A stretch of DNA of 64,000 nucleotides from Octopus bimaculoides (lineage: Eukaryota). Numbering within the stretch: position 1 is the stretch's first letter; every line of letters begins with the position of its first letter. The stretch covers positions 32,720,295-32,784,294 of the forward strand of contig NC_068998.1 of the NCBI RefSeq assembly GCF_001194135.2, given 5' to 3'. The position numbers were made by a program, and so were the translations under genes. This document shows positions 51,285 through 62,706 of this stretch, one piece after another. The notes under the pieces are model-generated. The model was not told the origin of the DNA. It did no database searches and saw nothing but the letters and a program-made list of their open reading frames with translations.

Positions 51285-52341
51285 GAGAATATACGAAAAA
51301 ACAACAACAGACGAGGACAGGTGGTGTAAATAACAAAAGGATGTATTAGTATGACGCTCGGGAATACGGAAAGTCTTTGACGTTTCGAGCTACGCTCTTC
51401 AACAGAAAGAATACGGAGACAAGGAGAAAAACACGGAGAAAAAAAAAAAAAAGCACGGGGAAAAAAATTGAAATATATATATATATATATATTTATATAT
51501 AAAAAATTGAAATATATATATATATATTTATATATATAAATCTATATACATATATACATACATTTATGTATGTATGTAGCTATACCTTTATATATTTGTA
51601 TACAAGCATGCATTTTTATCTGTGTGTGCATATGTGCCTATAAGGATGTTGACATGATTTATGGTGTTTTTTTTTTTTTTGGTAAGGAGAGTATTTTGTC
51701 TTCAGATTTTATTACCTAGGGAGATTAAATACTGACCAGTTTTTCAACCTCGTCAATCACCAACACCGGACTGTGTGTGTAAATATGTGTATGTATGTAT
51801 GTATGTATGTATGTATGTATGTATGTATATGCATGTGTGTGTATGTTTGTATGTATATACGTATAAGTATACACGCACACCTTTCATCATCGTTGTTTCT
51901 CTTTCTTGTCATTTCTGTTCTTGTAACGGTCATTGTAGTTCACATTATTCTTAGTTTCATTTTCTTTGATTTCTTTCATTTTTCTTTTATCTCCCTAGGG
52001 AATTCGTTGACAAGCTTCTTTCATTTACTTCATTTCTTTTAAACTTATTTAAGATACACCCTCGTATTTTTTTCCTTGTCTGGCTTGTGGGCTGCTTTAA
52101 CTTATAGGCCTTGGGCCACCGTCCTGGCTAACCTCACCTCTTCTCAGTGGGACTGTAAATATGTGTGTGTGTGTATGTGTGTGTGTGTGTGTGTTTGTGT
52201 GTGTGTGCGTTTGCAAATGGACTCAGCTCTTGAAAAAAGTGATGGTTTCATACATGGGAGATAACCCAAGATTTTAGAGGGGAAATAACCCTATTTTTGT
52301 AATGGCAATTTTTTAATGGGGGTGAAATGACCAAAAAGTAC
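50455..52341 (+). mobile_element. Merlin (IS1595-like) DNA transposon, internally deleted, with ~115-bp TIRs
   Basis: ORF 50766-51110 reads IRPGTTIISDKWSAY...HLTVNHSLHFV...TQNIERLWKSAK...YMCEFMW (DDE_Tnp_IS1595-like). TIR 50455-50575 GGTACTTTTTGGTTATCTCACCCCC is mirrored at 52225-52341. Confidence 0.88.
51374..51410 (-). ncRNA. Minimal type I hammerhead motif (A6U variant, loop-less palindromic stem III) in a short Penelope-type tail repeat at ~51281-51450
   Basis: UCUUU-CUGUUGA-A GAGC GUA GCUC-GAAACGUC/AAAGA: 5-bp stem I and 4-bp stem II. Confidence 0.65.
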
Positions 52342-52569
52342 ATGATGATGATAACAGCTACACTTGCCATGGCAATATTAGCGCTAACTAATGATGAACA
52401 CTGCTGCTGTAATGGTAATTTCGAAGTAATTATAATGGTAATAATGGGGGAGTTGATAGCAGTGACAGAGATAATAACCATTTCTACACCTGCCACACAG
52501 GGCTCCATATTAATAATTCTAATGTAGCACAAAAATGTCTGATGAAACAAACAGAAAAACTACAACAAA

Positions 52570-55500
52570 ACACTAAATTGCTTGTCCCATGGTTAATCTA
52601 GAAGTGCGTCCCCCAGGAGAGTGCTAGCCTGGGGTTGAAAAGTCATCCACTGGCACAAACTCTTCTCTAAATATGAACCTGGATGATCACTTAAACAGGA
52701 ACTGCCCCAACTCGAGCCCTCCAAGTTCACTACCACAGCCATCACAGAAATAAAAATGTAAGAGGATGAAATTGACTTGAGAAGAGCATACAGAAGTAAT
52801 ATACTTTTATTACTATGCATTAGGTAGGCCATCAGAAAAGAAACACACTGCACACTCTTATCAAAGATGGAGAACATGAAATCAAGGCAGCAGACTCTAT
52901 TTGGATGAAAACAAGTTAGCAAATGTTAGGAAGGATATCTTCAGAAATAAAAGACTCACACATAGTGAAATAACTGTGATCAAACACCCAACAGAAAATG
53001 GCCTAAATATAAGACAGAAAAGAAATAAAGAATCAGATGAAGAGAGCAACCCTCCCCAAGTCTCAATTGAAAGACTGTCACATGACCAGAATGCATAAAT
53101 GTCTAAAGAAATAAATTGTAATGAACCTGATAAAGATAGTGAGTAAAGTGTTAATGAACCAGTATTTGAAGACCACTCATTTGCTGAAGAACACAGTGAG
53201 TCTATGACAGAAATAAAGCATCAAATCCTTAATAAGCTTGCAGTTGTAAGACATGCCAATATGCATGATAGAGAACCACTTCATAAACTCTTAAATACCA
53301 TCTAAAATAAAAAAAACAGATTAAAATTGGCAACTATGTAACAGAATAAATCATACAAGAACTAAAACCTGATCTCATTGAGTTAAATGAAATTATTTAC
53401 ACATCTGCTAAGGCAATTGAAAGCAGTTGTAAGCTCCCCCACCAAAAAAAAAATAAATAAATAAAAACCAAAGAAATACAAACCTGGCAAGAATTTCAAA
53501 CTGGAGAAGTAAAATTGAAAAAGCGATTGAAATAATGAGACGTGGAAATAATTTGTTGAAACGATGTAAGATCCAGAAAAGGAAGAAAGATGAAAAGAAA
53601 ATATAGATTTTCACCAAGTGAAGAACTGCTTTCAACAAAAGAAACGGTGCAACAAAAAGTCTAAGCAAACACTCACAGAATACAAAGATATGTGCCGAGA
53701 AATAAGTTTTATAAGCAAAATAAGCTGTTCACATCCAATGTGAAAACATTCTTCAGAGAAATAGCGAAAGAAAAATTAATTGTTGAAGACCCCACTCTTA
53801 TGGAAGAAGTTGAAGACTTTTGGAAAAATATTTGGAGTGATGAAAAGACATACAATGAAAATGTAGACTGGATTAGACATACAGAAGAATCCTATAAAAA
53901 TTTACCAAAACAAGCATGGGAAGACATCGCAATAACAGACCTAAGAAGGACACTCATGAAGGTTCATAAGTGGAAATCCCTTGGTAAAGATAGGGTGCCA
54001 AATTTCTGGCTTGCATTGCTCCTGTGCGCACATGAAAAATTAGTTCAGCTATTCAATGAGATTATGAGAGATCTTACGAAAACACCTGATTGATTAGCAA
54101 GTGTTATCACTTACCTATTTCCAAAGAATAATGGAACCAGATTTCCCCAAAACTTTTGACCCATAGCCTGTCTATCTACCACATATAAAATTTTAACATC
54201 CATCCTCTTGGAGAAAACATATGCCTTTATAGAACAGAATGATATTTTCCCCACTGAACAAAAAAGTGTTGAAGGGGCTCATATGGACGCAAAGATCAGC
54301 TTCTAATCAATAGCATGATCCTTGAGAACTGTGATAACAAATGCAGAAATCTCAGTTCCACATAGATTGATTTGACAGCATATTGCATTCATGGATCTTG
54401 AAATCACTGGATATCTTCAAAATTTCTCCAGTGATTTCAAACTTCTTGAAGCACAATATGTCAGTGTGGAATATGAATCTCCAACTTTACCACTCTAATG
54501 GAGTACTAAATACAAACAATATTAATATCAACTGTGGTATTTTCCAAGGTGATACACTTTCACCTCTAATTTTTTGCATAACCCTAATACCCCTTACAAG
54601 TGAAGCTAACAGAACAGGGTATGGGTATATAACTGACTACAAGAAAATAAACTATCCATTCTATATGGATGACTTAAAACTCTATAGCAAAGATGATAAT
54701 GAGCTTGAAAGTCTATTGTGTATTGTGAAAGCACTCAGTGATGATATTGGGATGGAATTTGACCTTGATAAAGGTGCCAAGGCTACTTTCTAGAAAGAGA
54801 AATTGAAGACCTCACATTCAGTGGTGTTAGATGTTGGCAAAGTCATAAAACAACTTGAGCAGGAACAAACTTACAAATGCCTCAGAATAAATGAGGGCTC
54901 TGGCATTCAGCATGCAAGCATGAAAAAGAAGATCAAGAAGGAATGTTACAGAAGAGTCCCAAAATTTGAGCTAAATGTACGCAACAAGGATTTAGCCTAA
55001 ATTCCTTAGTAGTTCCAGTTGTTATTTCCAGTTTCAATTGAACTGGAATATGATTGAAATAATGAAGATTGACAGGAAAATACATAAGCTGCTGATTTGC
55101 AATAAGATGCACCACTCAAAGGCAGATGCAGATCAACTTTACCTTCCCAGAGCCCAAGGAGGTCAAGGCTTGGTCCAATTTGACTGGCCAATATTTCGAA
55201 ACATCTAAGGACTGGATACTAAAAGTTGTTAAAAACTATGAGAGACATAAGAAACTTCATTCTGTCATGAAGAAGACCAAAAAATTTACTAGCGAGTGGA
55301 TGTATAATATCCAGATTGAACGACATAATGGAAATGCAGCTGCTGTTGTTGCAAAGAAGGTGAAATCAATGGCAAAGCAAAACGCGTTTGAATAATTGAT
55401 GATAGGTGAGAACAAAAACCTCTGCATGGCGAATATGTGACCCATAGCAAACAAACTGATGTAGACCAGAAGTACACCCTATCAGTGGCTATGAAGCTGA

Positions 55501-56330
55501 GGGTTAAAAGTGGACAGTGAAGGCTTTATCTCAGCTGCTCAAGATCAGAGCTTATTGACCTAGAACTACCAAACCAACATGATGAAAAATGGAGTAGACC
55601 CAAAGTGCCAATACTGCAATGATGAGATTGAAACAGTGGACCACTTAATCTCTGGCTGTAAGGTTTTAGCACCAGTAGAGAATAAATCTAGATATGACAG
55701 AGTTGGCCAATATCTACACTGGATAATATGTTGGCTTTATAAAATCAAAACTGCTGACAAATGGTACAAGCACCATCCTGAGACTGTAAATGAGTGAGGA
55801 AATGTGATGATTCTCTGGGGCTTTCCATTACATACAGACCAAACTATAAAAGCTAATAAACCAGATATTGTTGTGATCAAAATATCTCAGCAAAAGAATT
55901 TGATAAGCTCAGAAAATATAAAGATTTGCGGCATCTCAAGACGGTTGCAATACCAGTGATTGTAGGAGCACTTGGAATGATCAAAAAGGGAACTGAAAAT
56001 TATTTGAGGATGATCCCTGGCTTACCATCCATGCAGGAAGTGCAGAAAATTGACGTAACTGGTATGTCACTTGTATTGAAAAGAGCATTATCGCTGTGAA
56101 TTTTCTTTCCTTTTCCCCCTTATTTTCTTTTTCATTTTGTTCTTTTCTTTCCCTTCTTTCCTCTGTCTTTCTTCCCTTTTTTCTATCACAGGACTTTGTA
56201 AATAAACAAGCTGGTGTATTTATTTTGATGGCCTACCAATGTATACAGTGAGTTTCTTAGCCCTAGGTTGAGATGACACTCAGCAAGAAATGGAAACAGA
56301 ATTGAAAGAAGATAACGATAATAATAATGA
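52570..56330 (+). mobile_element. Near full-length but decayed R4/Dong-clade non-LTR retrotransposon
   Basis: N-terminal FYYALGRP...DENKLANVRKDIFRNKRL; RT motifs GIFQGDTLSPLIF and FYMDDLKLYSK; CCHC finger CQYCNDEIETVDHLISGC; endonuclease motif KANKPDIVV; stop near 56098; (TAA)-like tail. Many stops and frameshifts. Confidence 0.93.
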
Positions 56331-56339
56331 TGAAGATAT

Positions 56340-56865
56340 GAAATTTTGGCACAAGGCTAGCAAGTTCGTCCTCAGGAATCTAGTTGATTATATTGATCCT
56401 AGTACTCAAATGGTACTTATTTTATCAACTGTGGAAGGGATGAAAGGCAAAGTCGACCTCGATGGAATTTGAACTGAGAATCTAAAGAGACAAAAGAAAT
56501 GCCTCTAAGTATTTTGTGTGACACACTAATGATAGACCAATGATTTTGAGGGGAAGATTTAGTTAGTTACATTGGCCATGGTATTCAACTGATACTTAAT
56601 TTTATTGACTCTGAAAAGATGACAGGCGAAGTTGATCTTCACATGATTTGAACCTAAAATGTGAAGAACTGGAAGGAATACTGCATGGTATTTTTCGGAT
56701 ACTCATACTATTCTCTCAGCTCAAGTCACTACACTAGCAAATTTGGGTGTAGTGGTCAGTCAATAACATCGACCTCAGTACTTGCCTGATATTTATTTTA
56801 TTGAGCTGACAGAAATATTGCAAGGCGTTTATCTTGATGCTCTAACGATTTTGCCAGCTCACCAA
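56340..56865 (-). mobile_element. Three consecutive family B SINEs (degenerate)
   Basis: Repeated TGGTACTTATTTTAT(C/T)GAC...GAAAGGCAAAGTCGACCTC core at ~56400, ~56590 and ~56780. Confidence 0.75.
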
Positions 56866-57105
56866 TAATAAGATAGTCAGATAGATTTAGGCCATAAATA
56901 TAATTGTCCAAAAAGATGGGCAATGTGGAACTCTGAGTAATGATTCATCTACCAATAAATTATATGTGTATGTTTGTGTGTGTGTGTGTGTGTGTGTGTT
57001 TGTGCGCCTGTATATGTTTCTAGAAATGGAAATTACAAGTTTGATTGTAATTTTCAATTCTTATCTTCATGTCTTGTAGGTTGTAGTGGTCCAAAAATTA
57101 CTTAC

Positions 57106-57147
57106 TGGCATAATTCTTGTTAATAAATTGGCTTTGAACATCGTCTT
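57106..57147 (-). other. Candidate 42-nt exon (EDDVQSQFINKNYA or KTMFKANLLTRIMP)
   Basis: CAAATTTTAG acceptor, GTAAGT donor, two open frames. No homology recognised. Confidence 0.25.
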
Positions 57148-57499
57148 CTAAAATTTGATTTTGATATCATAAAGCAATTTGAGATTGCTCAAAGCAAAAT
57201 TGATGTCTGCCTCTTTCACTGTCCCTTCCGGTCCTCCACCCCCACCCCATGCCACTGTCTCTCTTTCAGTCACTATCTTTGTTTTCTGAAATATCATGTC
57301 TGTCTGTTTCTCTCTCTCTCCCTTCCCCCTCTCTCCCTCTCTTTCTCTCTCTTTCTCCCTCTCATCTCTCTCAGCATCTTTAAAAACATGTCTGCTACAA
57401 CTGCTTTTACACAGAGAAAAATATTTCTCATGAAATATGTTGGAAATAAATAATTTAGCATTATCGCCATCGTTCTCATCACTGTTGTTGATGATGTCG

Positions 57500-57830
57500 T
57501 CATCATCATTGACGTGGTCATCATCGTCATCGTCATCATTGACGTGGTCATCATCGTCATCGTCATCATTGACGTGGTCATCATCGTCATCATCATCATT
57601 GACGTGGTCATCATCGTCACCGTCATCATTGACGTGGTCATCATCGTCACCNNNNNNNNNNTGGTCATCATCGTCATCGTCATCATTGACGTGGTCATCA
57701 TCGTCATCATCATCATTGACGTGGTCATCATCGTCACCGTCATCATTGACGTGGTCATCATCGTCACCGTCATCATTGACGTGGTCATCATCGTCATCGT
57801 CATCATTGACATGGTCATCATCATCATCAT
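57500..57830. repeat. 30-bp minisatellite (GTCATCATTGACGTGGTCATCATCGTCATC)n, >=10 units, with an internal N-gap
   Basis: Exact 30-bp period visible; derived from (CAT)n and rich in CpG. Confidence 0.95.
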
Positions 57831-58236
57831 CACAAACTTTCATAAAGATTTAACAAAAACTAACCTGTATAAAATGTGCATAACCAGAATTTCAACCTGT
57901 GGGTCTTAATTATTGAAATATATCCACCAATAGCAGACTAATTTATGACAAAAATTACATTTTAGATTTCATATATATATAAATATATTCATATATGCTT
58001 GTGTTTTCTTCAGTTTGGGATTTGTATTTTAATGTGGTTCTGTATCATATTTGTAACATATACATATGTGTTATATATGTAATTATTAAATTCAAAATCT
58101 CAGTCTTCATGGTCTATTTATGCAAAACATCAATTATAAGCCAAAAACTTGGCTTGATCTGTAAGAAAAACAAAATTATGATAATTTATTTATAGCCAAA
58201 GACTTCCACTTGCATCGATCAGGGCACTCCACTTAC

Positions 58237-58319
58237 CTGTATTGTTGTTTTTGTGAGTTCCCTAAATCTTCTACAAGGAGTTTCTGTATTTTATTGGGCA
58301 AGTGAGGGGGCTATGTTTT
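58237..58319 (-). other. Candidate non-coding exon with a perfect donor
   Basis: TATATTTCAGTTTTTCAG acceptor and CAG|GTAAGT donor; stops in all three frames. Confidence 0.25.
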
Positions 58320-59459
58320 CTGAAAAACTGAAATATAATATTTTATTAAGGTTCTTTTTTATGTTATTGAAAATGTGATCCCATTTGCTTCTGGAATCAT
58401 ACATTATCTGGATATTCTTTGAGTAATATTGTATAAGCATTTGATTAAAATTTTGTTATTCTTGTGAATTATTGTGAATATCATTTCATTTAAATAGGAA
58501 ATTTTATTTAACTTCACCTCACAGTACATGAGCTCTCCAAAAGTTATAGGCTCTTCATCAGTGAAGAGAATTTTTTCTTCACAGGTGTACTCCACCTCAC
58601 ATTTTAAAAGCCATTTTTATTTTTTCTTCTGTTTTTCATATATACATTTGGAGTAGCATGTCTAGGCTTACTGCTATTGTGTATATCCATTATTACTATT
58701 TTTACACCTGTCCACTCAGTCAGTTGAAATTCTATGTTAAATGAGTTTTTTATTGTTCGTTGGTACTATTAATAATTTGTGTTACTGAAAAATAATAGTC
58801 ATATACTGTTTGTTTTCGTGAATGTAAAGAACATTACATTGTATGTTTTCAGGTTTCTTAGGGGCTGACAAAAAATATTCATGAACATTTTTGGAAGAAA
58901 TAAATTTTGCTCTAAAATAAAACACAAACTTTATTTTTCTTTTGTCAGACTCTTTGGGGGAGGGGGGGAGAAATCAATCCTTTGGAGAATTTTTAGCAAA
59001 GAAGTATATTTTGGTAAAACAACTTGTAAATGACATCTAATAATAACGCTCAATACCAGAGATTTTCTTGTCAGTTGTTTGATCTTCATGTACATTGTTT
59101 TGTCTTGGTATAAAAGATGGGCTACAGAAAATATTCTGCTCAATACCACAGATTTACATGTCAGATGTTTGACCTTAACCAGTTGAGTATGTCCCTTAGT
59201 GGCTGATAATATGTGCATCATTGATCATGTGCAGAAGAAGTGGGGGAGCATCTCAGTCATGTGTTGAAGGGAATTCTTTTGGGTTTGGATAATTCACCCA
59301 TCCTTATGTTCTGAGTTCAAATTCTGTCATGGTCAACTTTGCCTTTCATCTTTTTGGGGTCGATGAAATAAGTACCAATTGCACACTGGGGCTGATGTGA
59401 TCTAATTACCCCATCCCCACAAATTTCAGGCCTTGTGCCTGTAGTAGAAAGGATTTTTT

Positions 59460-59766
59460 TTTTTCTTGAGAGCAGTGCATGCCATCAAAGTGACACTGGG
59501 GTAAAATATATGAAGCCCATTATACCCATCATGACCAACCGTCTGATAAGGGTACACCAGGCACATGCATCACAACCATATGTGCACGACATGGTAATCT
59601 CATATCAAGGTTAACAGCACATGACCTTGCAGGTGTGGCCAGTTAGAATTTTCTCCAGGATGAGCAGCCCATCTCACTCAAAAGGTTCCTGAATAAAGGT
59701 TGTTTAAGGATGTTGAATGAAACACCCATGTTTCCAGAGGTGAATTATCCAAACCCCAAAGAATTC
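59460..59766 (-). mobile_element. SINE-like repeat body whose apparent 5' part lies on the plus strand before 59298
   Basis: GC-richer repeat-like body; 28 bp at 59739-59766 is the reverse complement of 59271-59298. Confidence 0.55.
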
Positions 59767-60093
59767 TATCTACTGATAGAAAGATCTCTGCAAAGGAACT
59801 TGAAAAACTGTTGAAACATAAGGACCTTGATATTGAGATATGTAGGACGTGGCAACTAAAAACCAAAACTATCCCTGTTGTTGTAGGTGCCCTGGGAACG
59901 ATAAAGAAAGGTATTGACAAATTTTTGACCAGATTCCTGGGAAACCAACAATCTACGAGACTCAAAAAATTGTGTTGACATCAACTGCCCACATTTTTAG
60001 GATGTTTCTCTCCATCTAATATATATGTGTGTTAGGTCTGTCTGAGACCTGGTCAGAAGATGAAATAAAATGCAATTCAATCAGAAAATGATG

Positions 60094-60137
<44 letters not shown>

Positions 60138-60332
60138 CCTTTCTACTAAGGGCACAAGACCTGAAATATTGACTAGTCGATTACATTGACTCCAGTGTCT
60201 CACTGGTACTTAATTTATTGACCCCGAAAGGATGAAAGGCAAAGCCGACATTGGTGGAGTTTGAACTCAAAATGTAAAGATGGATGAAATGCTGCTAAGC
60301 ATTTTGATTGGTATGCTAACCATTCTGCCAGT
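59767..60332. mobile_element. R4/Dong 3' end (+59767-60085), (TAA)n tract, family B SINE (-60125-60332)
   Basis: KHKDLDIEICRTWQLKTKTIPVVVGALGTIKK...QKIVLTSTAHIFRMFLSI*, then (ATA)n, then the SINE reverse complement. Confidence 0.88.
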
Positions 60333-60744
60333 TCGATATGAGAGTAATGGATCTTGATGTGCAAATAATGAGGTTACCCTTAATCATAACGACCTTCAGG
60401 TCATCTTTGGGCAAGTAGTTGTACCTGTAAGCCCACTCCAACAATATGAAATACTAGATTGGCATCTAGCTGGATAAAGTCTGTTTCATGGAGTGTGAGT
60501 GCCTCTTTAGCCCTGATCAGCAACATCTCTAGAGATGGTATCTTAATAAAATCACTGGAAACACCGGTGGTTGTGTCACCTTATCACCACAACCCTCACC
60601 TTGAGTGAAAATGTCAAATACAAATGTATTATATGATGACGTGAATGAGGTCGGAACCAATAACAATGAAAGTCTCTTGCCTGGTAGGTAGTCTACTGTC
60701 CAGTAGGGTAAGCTCAGTCATCATCTAGCTACTGTAGTAGGAAA

Positions 60745-61045
60745 GAAAAGAAGAAAGATTGACTGGAACAGACTGAATGCAACAAATTGGACAGAATGAG
60801 AGGTAATTTCAGTTGTTATAGGTCCCTTAGGTACCATCACCAACAGATTTAGCAATCCCTTATTGAAATTGGTGTAACTATGAGAGTTGCATGATTTCAG
60901 AAATCTACTTTATTGGAAACAGTAAAGAATGTAAGAAAGGTCCTCGGTGTCAAAGGAAACTGGTTGTGACCCACTAGCAAGGACATTGATTCCAAATGTA
61001 AAACATTCATGCACACTATGAATAATAATAATAATAACCTAGCAA
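60745..61045 (+). mobile_element. R4/Dong 3' end (degenerate) with (TAA)n tail
   Basis: VISVVIGPLGTIT...FQKSTLLETVKNVRKVLGV, then AATAATAATAAT. Confidence 0.7.
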
Positions 61046-61234
61046 GTGGGGCCTCATATCAGTGAAATGAGGGTGGGGTTGGTGTGCATTGATGCCATTG
61101 AGAGGTAGGCCCCAAAATGGCATGCATTCTCTCCTAATGACTCCATACACTTGCTGGCTTCCAGTATGTGGAACCTTCAACTGGTAGCACTTGTATGTGC
61201 AAGTTGTTTGCAAAACATATAATGATGATAATAA

Positions 61235-61432
61235 TGTTTTCAAATATGGGCACAAGGCCGCAAATTCAGAGAAGGGTAAGTTGATTACATTGACCCCAAT
61301 GATTAACTGCTACTCTTTTTATTGACCCAGAAGGGCATGAAAGGTAAAGTCTACCTTAGCAGAACTTGAACTCAGAAAGTAAAGCTGAACAAATGCCGCT
61401 AAGCTAACGGCTTTGCTAGCTTGCCACCTTAA
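61235..61432 (-). mobile_element. SINE family B
   Basis: Reverse-complement core and head (GCTAGCTTGCCACC). Confidence 0.8.
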
Positions 61433-61477
61433 TAATAATAATAGTGATATAAGGCCTGGCTTTTATAATAATAATAA

Positions 61478-62250
61478 TAAAGGCCAGACATTATACCGAA
61501 GGATTTCAAACAAATAGCATACCTCCTCATTGATATGATTGTCCCAATCGACATAAATGTATCTGTCAAGATTTACCAAAAACTGAGCAAGTATAAAGAT
61601 CTTGAAATAGAAATTGATAAAATGTGGAACCTCAAGACTAAAACAATACCTGTTGTCATAGATGCCCTAGGAATGATAGCAAAAGGGGCTGAATGCTACC
61701 TAGCTCTGGTACCAGAAAATCCAAAAATAGTGCTCATGGGAACTGCCCGCATCTTATGTAAAATATTGTCTATGTAATTCCCAAAATAATTTAATCCGTA
61801 AACAGTGTCAAAATACTTTTAAATGTACATAACAATAAACACCTTTTATTGTCATCTTAACATCAGACTATCAAATAACTTTTAAAACAAACTTCTAATT
61901 TACTTATGTTTTGACAAACATTCTATAGAACAATACTCTGTGCAAAACTAAATATATGGCACCCTAGTGATAACACCAATCTGCTCTTCTAACTTGTTGT
62001 CTCTTGAGGTCTCTGGGTGAGACTTGGAGTCAACTTATACAAATACAAAGCAAAAACCAAACATATAACAACAACTGCAACAATGAAAATGATAATCCAT
62101 TCTACTATTGGCACAAGGCCTGACATTTGAGGGTCAGAGGCTAGTTGATTACATTGATTGCAGTGCTCAGCTGGTACTTATTTCATCAACCTCAAATGGG
62201 TGAAAGGCAAAGTTAACCTTGGTGAAATTTGAACTCAAAAAGTAAAATCA
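61478..62250. mobile_element. R4/Dong 3' end (+61478-62090) flanked by TAA/CAA tracts, then a family B SINE (-62095-62250)
   Basis: RPDII...LLIDMIVPIDINVSVKIYQKLSKYKDLEIEIDKMWNLKTKTIPVVIDALG...ILCKILSM*. Confidence 0.88.
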
Positions 62251-62251
62251 G

Positions 62252-62706
62252 ACACAGAATGTGCATCGTTAGCCAACCGGAGGAGATGTCTTGATTCCAT
62301 ATGTTATGATTTCGTATCGCTACTGTTTACATCTTGCTCAAAGATTTAATATAGCTTTTATCTCCTTTTTCGAGATCAGCAATGATTCATCGCTGGAAAA
62401 AGCATAAAGTATTTTGTGAGTGGGGTGAGTTTTCATCACTAGCTGATGATTAACACATGCTGAGGATGGGTAACCACCCAGAAACTTGAGTCCGTGTGTA
62501 TGCTGTAAGGCTAGGGGTGGGAGCAATGACCTCCCCTCACAAATACTAATTGAACACAGAATGTGCGTCATTAGCCAGCTGGAGGAGATGTCTTCCTGGG
62601 GCTATAAATATCAGCAGCACTGTCCTGTATAGGACACCACACTTGGTTGGCAATTGTATGTTACTATTCCGTATCGCTACTGTTTGCATCATGCTCAGAG
62701 TTTTAG

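Noticed and set aside
52575-52655. HDV-like ribozyme at the R4 5' end
   Set aside because: Only a 7-bp hairpin (CCCCAGG/CCTGGGG) is visible; P1, P2, P3 and the catalytic C could not be placed.
57500-57830. CRISPR-like regular 30-bp repeats
   Set aside because: The units are contiguous with no unique spacers, and the context is eukaryotic.
57148-57843. 231-aa Asp-rich ORF (DDDDDDDHVN)n resembling acidic biomineralisation proteins
   Set aside because: It is the translation of a 30-bp (CAT)n-derived minisatellite plus a GA microsatellite, spans an N-gap, and lacks a signal peptide; overlapping stop-free frames exist on both strands.
58525-58890. Plus-strand exons HELSKSYRLFISEENFFFT and GFLGADKKYS*
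   Set aside because: The required donor (GTGTAC) is poor and no homology is recognised; the opposite strand is also open over the same bases.
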